Source: the human T2T-CHM13v2.0 reference genome, Homo sapiens
Reading direction: 5' to 3' (one strand)
NCBI RefSeq assembly: GCF_009914755.1
Contig: NC_060937.1
DNA length: 64,000 bases
The position numbers and the translations under genes were made by a program. Numbering within the stretch: position 1 is the stretch's first letter; the number at the start of each line of letters is the position of its first letter. Under the pieces are notes generated by a model that was not told the DNA's origin, made no database searches, and saw nothing but the letters and a program-made list of their open reading frames with translations. This document shows, piece by piece, positions 32,201-44,534 of the stretch.

Positions 32201-33789
32201 GCTTATATTCTTGTCAGAGTTATTATACTGCCTTCTGCAAAGAAAGGCAATATCTATATTCCCAACCCTCTAAACATAATAAAGGAGCAAACACTTCTGC
32301 ACAAAGCCTCTCTGAGCTATTTAATTTACTTTTTGACAAAAAGAGAATGACACTGAGTACTGTACAAAGAACAAAAGCAATTTTTATACCATGAAATGCA
32401 AATGTTAATTTAACATTACTAAAAATAACATTACTATAAATTCAAGAAAATTATCCTATATATTTTTATAGACCTAGTGTGGTCTAAACACTTGACATCT
32501 TAATAAGAGTACTTTGAATTTCTTAAGAAAAACATTAACTTTTTTTTATTTTAAATGGAAAATAGTCAAAGAGAAAATCAATCAAAATTAAACCAGGAGT
32601 AAAGGTTACTCTTCAATCTCCCTGATAACTTTTTTATCATTATATATTCCCATTTATTCTTCTAATTTTAGGAAAGACATGAACATCTTTATTAAAAGGA
32701 GATTTTTAAAAATAATACTACAAACTAAAAGGTAAAAAATAGTTATAGGAAGTTCCTGAAATCACTGCATTGCCAGGTGGTTTGGAATGATCACTCCAAT
32801 ATTACATGCACTATATTAGTTGCTAAACTGAAAATTGTTAATGGTGACAATAATATATTTTAATAACATATTTAAAATACATACCAGCAGAAAGCAAAGC
32901 TATATATTATAATGACAAAATCAGTATTTATATTTATGAAGGTCTGCATTGTTTTGTTTTGTTTCTCTAATTGCATTTTCTGAGGGCAATATTTTAACGA
33001 GAACCCCATAAAATGTCAAGTGATGCTCTACATCCCAGAAGACTTAGAATTTCATGACTAAGTAAATGCAGTAGTGGAGGAACACTCTGATCAGCCTTAC
33101 ATTTTATGTCAGGCTATCTCTCAGATCATTCTGCTCAGATCTCAGAGTCTTGCAATGTAATGAACAGATACTTAGATCAGCCCTGCTTATACGTTGTGGT
33201 TAAGCCTGACATTGATCAGAGTGGCTAAAAAATAAATTTGGGCTTGTTTTATTACTAAACAACAAAGTTCAACTCTGTGAGTTTCTGCAAGTCATTAGTT
33301 TCCTTCAGAATGTACCACACAATGATTTCTGCAAAGGAATATGGTATCAACTAAAAGGTAAATCCAGCTTTATAACACTGGTTAGGAGTCCAATTATTTA
33401 TTTGCATGCTATTTTTAGCAAATGTGTCAATAGAAATTTTAGTAATCCTTTTTTTTCCATTTTTTCTGAAGTGTGGGAATGTTTGGGAAAATCTACACTT
33501 TCGAAGAGATATGTTGCAAAAACAATTCTGTGTAGCGTTCTTTGATTGGTCTTAGCTATGTTATCATTTCCTTATTGGGCTTCAAAATAATACAGAAAAA
33601 AAGAAATGTATCTCTAGCTTTTGTTTTAGTTCACAGAATTTTATTTTTTCATAATGATAGGCACTTTAGAAAAACTAAGGAGGTAATTGCTTTGGCATGT
33701 TTCTCAGCAACCCTCCCTTTCTAATGTGTCTTTTCTGGTGGTGACAGAGAAAGATTCCTGCCTCACATTTGGTGATTTTAATTCTTTCA

Positions 33790-34065
33790 AATAGGTTAGT
33801 GAGGGACAGATACTTTGGCATCAGATAGCTTTGCTGTCCCAATTCTGCAACTAGCAGTTAGTGAACTGTGTTATCTCCTAGTCAGATTTGCAAAGCGTTA
33901 GGAAACTGCATCAGTTACACATGCCATCTTGTGCAAATTACTTAAACTGTAAGAGTTTCTATTTTCTCAGAGTTAAAACAGCAGTAATAATAACAGCACA
34001 TCTATCAGAGTAGTCCTATATTAAGCAAAATAATTTACTTAATGGGTTTAGCCCAGTGCCTGGCA
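33790..34065 (+). mobile_element. MIR, degraded and possibly interrupted
   Basis: ctttggcatcagatagc...gtttctattttctcagagttaaaacagcagtaataata...ttagcccagtgcctggcata. Confidence 0.6.
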
Positions 34066-34184
34066 TAAAGAAAGGGATTGACAATTTTGTTTTAAAATCT
34101 GTTTTTATTTATTTTGTTTTGTTTTATTTTCATTCTGGTTTTCTATTTTGTTGTTTGGTTTTGCTTTGTTTTTTGTGTATAACC

Positions 34185-34406
34185 CAATGGTGCTTAACCA
34201 GGGACAGCTTTTCCCTCCAGGGAATATTTGACAATGTCTGGGCACATTTCTAGTTGTCATAACTGGGAGAGGGGAGCTACAAGTATGTAGTGAGTGTTAA
34301 ACATCCTAAAATGCACTGGAAAGCCCTCTAAAGTAAGAATTACCTGGACCAAAATGTCATTGTGCTTACATTCAAAATGTCAGTGTGCCAAGGTTGAGAA
34401 ACTCTG
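34185..34406. mobile_element. MER20 hAT-Charlie MITE
   Basis: caatggtgcttaaccaggg...tttgacaatgtctgggcacattt...gttgtcataactggg...aggttgagaaactctg. Confidence 0.85.
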
Positions 34407-34599
34407 CAAGAATCTGTCGTTTTTGTTTTCTTTTTTACCATTTACCTACTTACATCCCATTTTTATTCCTCTACTGCCACCTGCTTTTTCTTCTTATTTA
34501 TAATATTTTTTGTCTCTCTCCCCTCACAGTCATGTTTAAGGAAACATCAAATCTAGAATTTTATTTTACTTTCTATGTCTTCAAAATATTTTTATAAAA

Positions 34600-35082
34600 A
34601 ATGACCCATACCTGTTTAACCCAAGTGTTTAGAAAGGCAGTCCAACATGGACCCTGAGCATCCGTAGACCTCCTTGTTCAGTGTGCCAGATGACAAGGGT
34701 TATCATCTCCAGATGCCAGGCAGCTTCAGTAGCTAGTCATGTAAGTAACTGCTTAGGTAAAAGTGACCAGAGCATGTCAACATGGCAAGGGCTTGCTTCC
34801 CAGGCTTGTATGCTGGTTGCCATAAAATGTGTCAGACACAGGGTCCCAGATTCCTTGACTGTGGTTCAGTGCAGTAGATGCATAACCTCCATCTGGGCTC
34901 ATGATGTCACCCTGTGGGATTGGAGGGCAAGAGGAAGTGGCATTGCCATTCCAATACTTGCAGTGTTTGCTTAACTGTAAGTAATAAACTGTCCTTATCT
35001 CATTGTCTACTTTGTCACCTAGAGAGTTGTGGCAGGTTTACTCCTTGTCATTCTCTGTGAGGTTGGGATTTTTCCCTGACAA
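34600..35082 (+). mobile_element. Old LTR-like fragment, family uncertain
   Basis: TATA-like cataaaa near 34821, aataaa near 34983, terminal ...ctgaca, locally higher GC. Confidence 0.4.
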
Positions 35083-38000
35083 GTGTACAGCTGGATAACC
35101 CATACAATTGGGCACTTAATTTATAAGGTTCTTCTGTTTTTGTTTTTATTCCAACATGATAGTAATTGATCCTAATAGGTTTATTTCCTCATTATCAGTA
35201 TCATCGTCATCTTCCTCAATCACTAATCATTATCACTAGAAAGAACACAATTTAGCTTAGATCCTTCTGACTCCAAACCCCATGCATGCCCTTACCACTA
35301 AGTGTGGTTACCACGTTTTTATCTTAATCCCTTTAAGCCATGTACAGAACATTTTCTAACTGTAGATTTTGCTGCTACTTCTGCCTTATATTGTGATTCT
35401 TTAGCTATGTATTTGGATTTTTAGTCTGAAACACTGTGAATTCCTTAAAGTGTTTGTCTTACTAATTTTGAGTTTGGTACACTGTAAATCAGAAAATACC
35501 CCAAATATAAAAGGCTCTCTGTATTTAGTAAAAATGAGATAGCAATATATATATTATTCTTTTGCCTTATGACTGTGGCAACCCTAAATACAGTTTTGAT
35601 ATTATGAGGTTTTGGGGGAGCATTATATAAGATTATTCTATGGATGCTATCTGGAATGTATTTCAGTCTTACATGCCCCCAGGAAGGCTCATCATTATCC
35701 AGTCTGAGATCCCAACTTCTGTCCCTGTGTCAACAGGATTGCAAGGCTAGTTCATCTGTTGGCAAATCTCAGAACACAGAATATGCCCACCCACCTCCTG
35801 AAGACTGGTCTTGACAATCAAATCATAAGGTGAAAACCACGCTAACATAATTAGGTATGTTAACTATTTTCTTAGGGCTATTTCACTAGATGTAGCCATT
35901 GTTTAACTCATTTGTCTCCCATTTTCTTCTCTATTTTTCTACTTCCCTCACTTTGACTACAGTATAGAAAGTATTGTCTTTATGTAAATAAGTTTTACAG
36001 CTCATTTGAGCATTCAACTGCAGTAACAGTGATGTTGTATTACAAACAGAGATAAAAGAAAAGCTTCCCTATTGACTGATAGTGGTATCACTAACTTCCT
36101 GCTTGATATTGAAATTCTTCATTTTATATTGTAATTCTTCATTTTCTTTTATTAATATAACAAAGAAAAATGAAGCATGACTCTAGATCTCATTTTGGTG
36201 TCGGTGTCATTCTCTAGCGTAGTTCAGACAAAAATGCTTTTCTAGAATAAATGTTTTCTACTGTCCAGAAGAGGAACTTTTTTATTGGGACCATGTGAAT
36301 TGTTTTTCAGCTTTTCAGAAAAAAATTTGTGGGCAGTTATATTAAATTACCCTCCTATCACAACTGCACACTCAGTAGCATTTCCTTTGCCATAACAGGT
36401 TGTCCAATTTAAATAATTGACATTTTTTTCAAGCTTATAGCTAATTCTGAAGCAGCAAGCATAACAAAGTTTAAAATAATGTTCCCCTGAAAATAAATAT
36501 TTTCCAGCTTTTATGAGCACTGTATATAACTTGATAAATGGAATAATATTTACATTACATATTCTTCAAGGACTCTTTATAGAGCCACACACGGCGTAGG
36601 ACTGGTTATCTCATATCCTTTTTCCTTATATTAGGTTTTTTTAAAAAAGACTTTTCAAACATAGTTTTACATAATGTGTTTGCCATAAAAAAGCAATACA
36701 TAGAATAGTACAATATTAACTTAAGTATAAAGACAAGCAAATAGAACAGGGAAGTAAATTTATAAATACTACTTCTCTGGTTTTTGAACATTGGTGCTAT
36801 TATTAATCCCTCTTAAATGTTCGGCAAATGCATTATATGGGATTATTTCAGAGTTTTGAAAGCTCTATTGAACTACAATTATCAGGAGTAAGGAGGACTA
36901 ATGTTATCAAGCTTGTTCTTTTTTGGCATTGAATTATGTGCATTAGTTAGTCTTCTAGTTAACTTTCTCAAGCATCAGGAAACTTTAGATATATAACTCC
37001 ACATTACAGCAATCTAATGCCTAATACATTGGAAAAAACATGGCTTATCACAAAAATCTTTAAATCGTACTTCCCTTACTGTCTCTGGCATCTGGTTTCC
37101 AACTTCTATGTCTCTGCTGTTTTGTCTCACTTGGATTTTGAAGCCATAAAATCGACTGTATGTGCTCTGCCATGTCTAGTACATTGAGGGATAAATGGGC
37201 TCTAATCAGCTGGATTCTTTCAGTGTGCTAGTGACTTCCTGGGAATAAGTTAGCACATGGGGTACTGCACTCACTCTTTCTGATCACTGGAGTACCATTT
37301 AGCAAATTGCTGCTGCAGTAGGCTCAATGATACCCCAGTGTTCTGAGGAAGTTAATTTCAGATTGTAAGGTACCTCATATCCTCCTATGACCTAACTGAA
37401 AGCAGGAATGTGGGCAATTCAGTTTGCCTTCCAGCATTAGCTTCATGATGTATTAAGTGTTCTGAACTTCTTAGAACTTCTATGCAAAAGGTAGGGTTTC
37501 TCAGCTTCACTTGCCCCTTTATCCTTGGGAACATCCTACCCCTCCAGGGACAGAGAAGATACAACTGTTCCCCTACTTGTCTCAACCTTTGGGGAATCTG
37601 CCTTTCCAGCTGATGGCAAAGAATCCTTCCTTCCTGACAGAAGGAAGCTGTGTCAGGTTTGGGAAAGCTATCACTGCGTATCACAGTTTTGAGGCTCAAG
37701 TCGGGGGGCTGTGCAATGTCTTGATTTTTCCAGGTTTCTTGGGAATGTTTTCAGTAAACAAACTCAGGGAACTTGCAAACTATTAAGGTTGGAGGAAATC
37801 GATATACTCTGTACCTTTTCCTAACATATTTCATTAATTAGAAAATATAATTAAAAACTCTTCAATTACCTGCATTAAAAAATGAGTTAGGGAAGGGGCG
37901 AAGATGATATGAGAAGAAGGCAGATCAGAATTACTGCCATCTTTCCTGATTGGCATCCTGGCCTCTGAACGATATTAATTAACATTTTCTATTTTAGCAT

Positions 38001-38541
38001 AAATGCATTCTTTTCTTCATTAGACAACATTCTGACTCTAGTACCAAACTGAATGATATGACTTTGAAATATTGGTGTCCCTGGGTTCAAATAACAAAAA
38101 TACAGCAAATATTCAGACTTTGAAAATAACTCAATAAGAGAAAGAGGATCTGTCTGGGAATAGAGTGTTTGACTATAAACTTAAAACTGTAGAAACTGGC
38201 AAGCAAAAGACTCTCCCCTGAACCTTGATGAAAAGTATTGTCTTGCATTCTATTTGTGGGAAAGACTCCTGCTTTATAACATGTCCTAAGTAAAATAATT
38301 AAACAGGAATCCCTAATAAATTTAAAAGAAAAAGTAATATGCATTATTTTGCAGGAAATTGGGTTGTATATGGTTATATATTCTGTGCTGCTGAGACATG
38401 TGAATGCTTAGCTAGAAAGGTAATTTACAAAAAAAATTGTCTACCTATCAAAATGGAGGGAGTTCTGAAGTTGTTTAAATCAAAACAGCATAAAAAATAA
38501 GTTCATCCACCACATCTAACCATATTCAGGATTATATTTAA

Positions 38542-38579
38542 TACACATACACACACACACACATATATATATGTGTGTG

Positions 38580-38631
<52 letters not shown>

Positions 38632-38636
38632 ATCTA
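38542..38636. repeat. Compound STR with (CA)n and about 12 perfect (ATCT) units
   Basis: Directly visible. Confidence 0.97.
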
Positions 38637-38643
38637 TTATATA

Positions 38644-38976
38644 CAGGTTGAGTACCCCTTATCCAAATTCTTAGGATGAGAAGTGTTTTGGATTTTGGAT
38701 GATTTTCAAATTTCAGAATATTTGCATATACATAATGAGATATGCTGCGGATGAGACACAAGTCTAAAAACAAAATTCATTTATGTTTCATATGAACCTT
38801 ATACATGTAGCCTGAATATAATTGTATACCATATTTTTAATAATTTTGTGCATGAAACAAAATTTGTTTTAAATAAGTATGTAATTTTTCACTTGTGGCA
38901 TCCTGTTAGCACCCAAAAAGTTTTAGATTTTGGACCATTTCAGATTTCGTATTTTCAGATTAGGGGTGCCAACCTG
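38644..38976 (-). mobile_element. Tigger4b/MER46-like TcMar MITE
   Basis: ta|caggttgagtacccc ... ggggtgccaacctg|ta; reverse-orientation homologue of 17969-18300. Confidence 0.88.
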
Positions 38977-41943
38977 TATGTGTGTGTATATAGCTAGCTA
39001 GCTAGCTAGATAGATAGATATTCCTATGTGTGTCTGTATGTGAATATATGTACATATAATTATGAGTGCATAAAAATTAAGTAATAATTGCACCATAGTA
39101 TAATAATATATACTTCTCAAATAAATTCTTTAACATAGCTACAGATGGTGATAGGGTGCCTTTTAAGAATTTTCAGAGTTTTATTCTTAACTCTTTTTCT
39201 TCTTTAAATGTGCACTCCTTTAAGAAAAATAAGCTTTTTATTTTCTGATTAAAAGGAAATATATTGGGTTGCATTTTGAAAAGAGCAAGATCTGTCATTG
39301 AGTTTTCTTGTGACTGTCAAGAGCCTACGTTTTCTTCTCTAAGATCAGTGTTTATAAATCACTTGCTTTCTAAGCAAGCACTTAACAGACATCATATCTC
39401 AAAACATCACAATATTCCTGTAAGGGTAAAAAGGAGCAAATTGCATTCTTCTCACTGATCAGAATCTGAGGTGTTTGGTTGAATTCCTGAAACATGGCAA
39501 TGCCTGGCTCAAATCACACAGTGAACTTAGAGCAAAAATTATAACCAAGGGCACAGCACTCTCACTACTGTGGTTGCAGCTGTTTTCTCAGTGAAATTGA
39601 ATGTCCTTTTCCTCTTCTAAGGGTGCACAGGAGAAGGAACATTTATGATAAAATAGGTGCATATTTCTTCTATTGATACCCTTGCAGGTAAATGCGAATT
39701 TCATGTGCATGCTTGAATCTCCCAGTTAGATTGAAGCCACTCACAGCCTAAACAAATTAAAAACATTAACCATATTTCTGCTCTAATTTTATTTTTCAAA
39801 AGCTCTCTTTCTACCTGAGTCAACTGTCAGCAACAAAGATGACAAACTATTTTTCTTTTGTTTGGTCACCCTCAATATATACCCATAATCATGTACAGAA
39901 TTTTTTTCCGGAACATTATGACATTTCCATGTGATTTGTTTTCTGGGTAAAAGGACTATTTTATTATGAAAAGTGTTACTTCCAGGCTTTGCAATATTAA
40001 TGCATAATGTCATATATGGTTGTTTGGACATTGTAGTGAAGGCTTCTTACAGCTGCCCTGAGTGTTTATTGTCAGCTGTGAATTAATCTGCTGTTATAAT
40101 GTGACATGTTCAGTAAAATGATGCAGATCATTTGCTTGTTTAGGGTCTCTGCTAAAACAATATAAGATAAATAAAAATAATTCTTCCCATTCCAAGATGT
40201 TCCTAAACCTTGCGAGTATCCAAATAAATAAAGTATTGACTGAAATCCCACTTAACTACATACTATCATGATATTTAACATTTGTCAAAGCTTATTGTAA
40301 AACCAGTTTTTTCACAGGATGGTGGATTAGAGGCTTTTAGTGTGCCTCAGCCACCTGGAAATTGCAAAATAGTGCATGAAGATGAACCCTGAGTTTTCAT
40401 TCAAGAAGGAAAATGGGAAGCCACCAGAATTGTGAAGGATACCCCAGACCCCAGGGAGTAGAGCAATAGCACCCAGCCCCCATGACAATGTCTGGCTGAT
40501 AAAAGTGAGTGGAAGCCCAGTACATGAGAGAGGCAGGGAGCCTCCCTCTGTGCTCACCTTTTCACTGGGGACCCAAGCAACTCAGGGGAGAGCACTTTGT
40601 TTCTCCGAAACCATGGAGCTAACTTGAAGAGAGGCTTGTAGATACTGTGAGGGAAAAACAAGGGGAAAAGCTGAAGAGTTTTTCCCTGACCTGGGACTGA
40701 GCAGGACATCCTGTTAAATTTGAGTGCATGCAATGTCAGTCATTCTTGGTGATCCAACAATGTGGCTACTCAGGCATTTTAGTCACCAGCCAGAGATTGA
40801 ACCACCTGCTCTGGAGTGGGGTAGGGGCCTCTACAGCCAGAATTGTGGAAAGTGCCTCAGCAGTAGGTGGGGAGGGAGGAGAGCTGCTACAGCTACAGTT
40901 TCTCCTGGGTGCCAAGACTAGGAGCAAGGGGCCAGCTTGCTGACCCAGAACCAGCTGGTGTGGTGTGTGCCATTGTTGCGTGTCCCAGCCTGCTCCTCTG
41001 AGATTGTGGTGCATCAGAACCCTTTCTGCTCTATCCCCAGGCAGACATCCAAACATTTGGAGCACTTGCTTGACTAGATCACCATCCAGAGCTGCTCTAA
41101 CCTTCCTGGGCATAGATCATAGTACAGTGGGGTTCTCTCTGCTCTATACTCAGGCATATCTCCAGGCATTCAGAGCACCTACTCAACTGGATCAGCAGCC
41201 TGACCTGCTCCATCCTTCCTGTGCAGAGATCCTGGTACAGGGAGGTCCTCTCTGCTTTGCACCCAGGGAGATCCCAGGCGTTTGCCTGGAACAGAAGCCC
41301 GAGTCACCCCACCCTTCCTATGTAGAGATTCTGCTGTGGGGCGGGTGGTGGGGGGGCTCTCTGCTACACACCCAGGCAGATTTCCAGGCATTCAGAGAAC
41401 CTGCTTGCTGGGTTCAGCAGCCTGAGTCACCCTACCCTCCTGTGCAGAGATCTTGGGGCAGAGGCCCCTCTCTGATCCCTAGGTAGATTTCCAGGTCTCT
41501 TGAGCAACTACTCTTCTGGATTAGGAGTTCAGGCCAACCCCATATTCCCATGCAGATAATTTAGGGCCAATGGGGGTTTTCAAGCTCCATGCCTAGGCAC
41601 ACCTTTGGGCACCTGGTGGCCACCCACTGGATTCTCCCTTAGTGCTGGTGCTCGTTTGCCACCTGGTGAACTCTAGGTGGAGAGGATCTGCCCAGTCTGG
41701 CCCCACTCATTATAGCCTTGCCCCCACTCCCTCACCCAGGGCTGAGCAAGGAGCTCAGACCACTGTGCACTCCACAGATCAGCCCCTTGTCTGCAGCAAC
41801 CAAAAGCTTCTCCTTGTAAACAAGGATCTAGAATATACCATTGCAGTGCAGCTGGCTCTTATCTGTAAGCACTAGCTACTGGCTTGTAAGTCTAACTGCT
41901 CAGCCCAATATAAACCTGCCAAAAGACATGCATAGGGCTATAG

Positions 41944-42532
41944 TGTTGCAGAAATCAGGAGACTGGAGAGACAAGCGTTGGGGAACAGGAGGATTTTATT
42001 TAGGTGGCCACTGGTTCAGCAGATTAATATCCAAAGGCTGGGCATTGAACAAAGACAGGGGTTGACTTTTGTACATACAGCTAAAGAGGGTTGGCCATCT
42101 AGTGACTCGAAACCCGCAGGGCAGGTAAGCGAGCTTACAGAAGCAGAACAAAGGCAGTTAATCATACTGTGACAGGTTTTGCAACAGGCTTTGCAACATG
42201 AGCTTATCTCACTTAAACATGTCTTGTGACTTTGCCATGCTACAGAAAGAAAAACAGGAACTTATAAAAACTTTTACAAACTTGCAGAAACAGTTACAAA
42301 AGTAGTTATGAGAGCAGAGCAAAGAATGATAGTATGGGGAGAGATTTCCAAAGGGGGAAACTGATAAGGAGAACTTGCTTTTCCCATCCTTGTACCTGGA
42401 GTCTATTCCTTTGGGTCCCCTGCCTGGCCTTGCAGATAATGTTATCATAGCTCTAGCAGGACTTTGGAGTGAGTCAGCCTGGTCAAGGCTGTTTTCCCTT
42501 TGCTTGTTTTTCTTTTTATATTTCCTGCTTCA
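41944..42532 (-). mobile_element. Solo LTR (LTR22-like) inserted in the L1 5' UTR
   Basis: TG...CA termini, duplicated ATAG at 41940-43 and 42533-36; minus-strand aataaaatcctcctgttc...ctgatttctgcaaca resembles LTR22 3' ends as I recall them. Confidence 0.65.
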
Positions 42533-42992
42533 ATAGAGGCAAAACAAAAATACCCTACCCAGCATTCTCTACAGCCACAACATCTGGTGGGTAGGAGGAA
42601 GAGCAAGGAAAAGAAAAAATAATAATATAGAAAATGAAAGAAAATTAAAAACTCCTAACTGCATAAAAATAATTATAAAATTAGAAGTGCAAGTATCTCA
42701 AGATAAGACAGAACCAGCATAAGAATTCTGACACCATGAGAAATCTGAATGTATTGTCACCACAAAATTTCACTAGTTCTCCAGCAATGGTGTTTAAACA
42801 AAATGGAAACTCAGAAATTACAGATAAAGAATTCAAAGCATGGACTGCAGGTAAGCACAATGAGATTCAAGACAAGGTTGAAAATCAAAACAAAGAAACT
42901 TCCAAAGCAATCCAGGAAATAAAGAAGACATAAACATCTCAAAAAGAAAACAATTGGAGCTTCTGGAATTTGAAAGCTCACTTAAGGAATTT

Positions 42993-43288
42993 CTTTCTCT
43001 TTTTGAGACAGGGTCTGGCTCTGTCACTCAGGCTGGAATTTCGTGGCATGATTTGGCTCACTGCAACCTTTGCCTTCTGCATTCAAGCCAACCTTCCACC
43101 TCAGCCTCCCAAGTAGCTGGGACTACAGGTGTGTGTCACCATGCCCAGCTAATTTTTTTCGTATTTTTTGTGGAGATGGGGTTTTGTCATGTTTCCCAGG
43201 TTGGTCTCCAACTTGTGAGCCCAATCTGTCTGCCTGCCTTGGCCTCCCAAATACTGGGATTACAGATGTTAACCACTGTGCCCAGCCT
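42993..43288 (-). mobile_element. AluJ-like element inserted in L1 ORF1
   Basis: Antisense Alu flanked by aggaattt on both sides. Confidence 0.93.
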
Positions 43289-44035
43289 AGGAATTTAAAA
43301 ATACAATTGAAAGCTTTATCAATATAACTGACCAAGCAGAAGAAAAAATTTCAGAGCTTGAAGACCAGTCTCTTGAACTAACTCAGTCAGATAAAAATAA
43401 AGAAAAAAAGAATTTAAAAAAATGAATAAATCTTCAAGATATATGGCCTTATGTAAAGTGACCAAACCTAGAATTTGTTGGCATTCCTGTTAGAAAAGGA
43501 GAAAATGTAAACAATCTGGAAAACATATTTGAGGAAATAATGAATAAAATTTTCCCGATCTTGCTAAAGAGGTAGACATCCAGAAACAAGAAATCCAGAG
43601 AACATCTGTGAGTTGCTATTCAAAATGAGCATCACCAAGACATATCGTCACCCAACTGTCTAAGGTCAACACTGAACAAAAAATCTTAAAGGCAGCTAGA
43701 GAGAAAAGTCTGATCATGGTCAAAGAGATCTCAATCAGTCTAACAGTGAACTTCTAGCAGAAATCTTGCAAGCCAGGAAAGATTGAGGTACTATTTTGAG
43801 GATTCTTAATTAAAAAAAAAAGAAATTCTATACAAGAATTTCATGTCCCACCAACTGAGCTCCATAAGCAAATGAGAAATAAAATATTTTCCAGAGAAGG
43901 AAGTGCTAAGGGAATTTGTTACCACTAGACCTGTATTATAAGAGATGCTTAAGGAAGTTCTAAACATGGAAATGAAAGACCAATACCAGCTACCATGAAA
44001 CACACTTAAATACATAGTTCACATATCCTATAAAG

Positions 44036-44534
44036 CAGTGGTACCCAACCTTTTTGGCATCAGGGACTAGTTTTGTGGAAGACAGTTTTTTCATGGACTG
44101 AGGTGGGTGGATGGTTTTGGGATGATTCAAGTATATTACATTTATTGTGCACTTTACTTCTATTATTATTACACTATAATATACAGAAATAATTATAGAA
44201 CTCATTATAATGCACAATCAATGGGAGCCCTGAGCATGTTTTCCTGCAAGTAGATGGTCCCGTCTGGGGACAATGGGAGACAGTGACAGATCATCAGGCA
44301 TTAGATTTTCATTAGGAGCACACAACCTAGATCCCTCACATGTACATTTCACAATAGGGTTTGTGCGCCAATGAGAATCTCACAGGAGTTGGAGCTCAGG
44401 CAGTTATGCAAGCAATGGAGAGTGGCTGTAAATACAGAAGAAGCTCACCTGCTGCTCATCTACTGTTGTGCAGCTCAGTTCCTAACAGGCCACAGACCAG
44501 TATTAGTCCATGGCCTGGGGGTTGGGGACCCCTG
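44036..44534. mobile_element. MER1A hAT-Charlie element inserted near the L1 inter-ORF region
   Basis: TIRs cagtggtacccaacc / ggttggggacccctg; perfect 8-bp TSD ctataaag at 44028-35 and 44535-42. Confidence 0.92.

Noticed and set aside
40965-41570. 173-aa ORF and roughly 110-bp repeated units (ccaggcattcagag...cagcagcctga...cctgtgcagagatc)
   Set aside because: Lies in the 5' UTR of the old L1, where tandem sub-repeats are an expected family feature.
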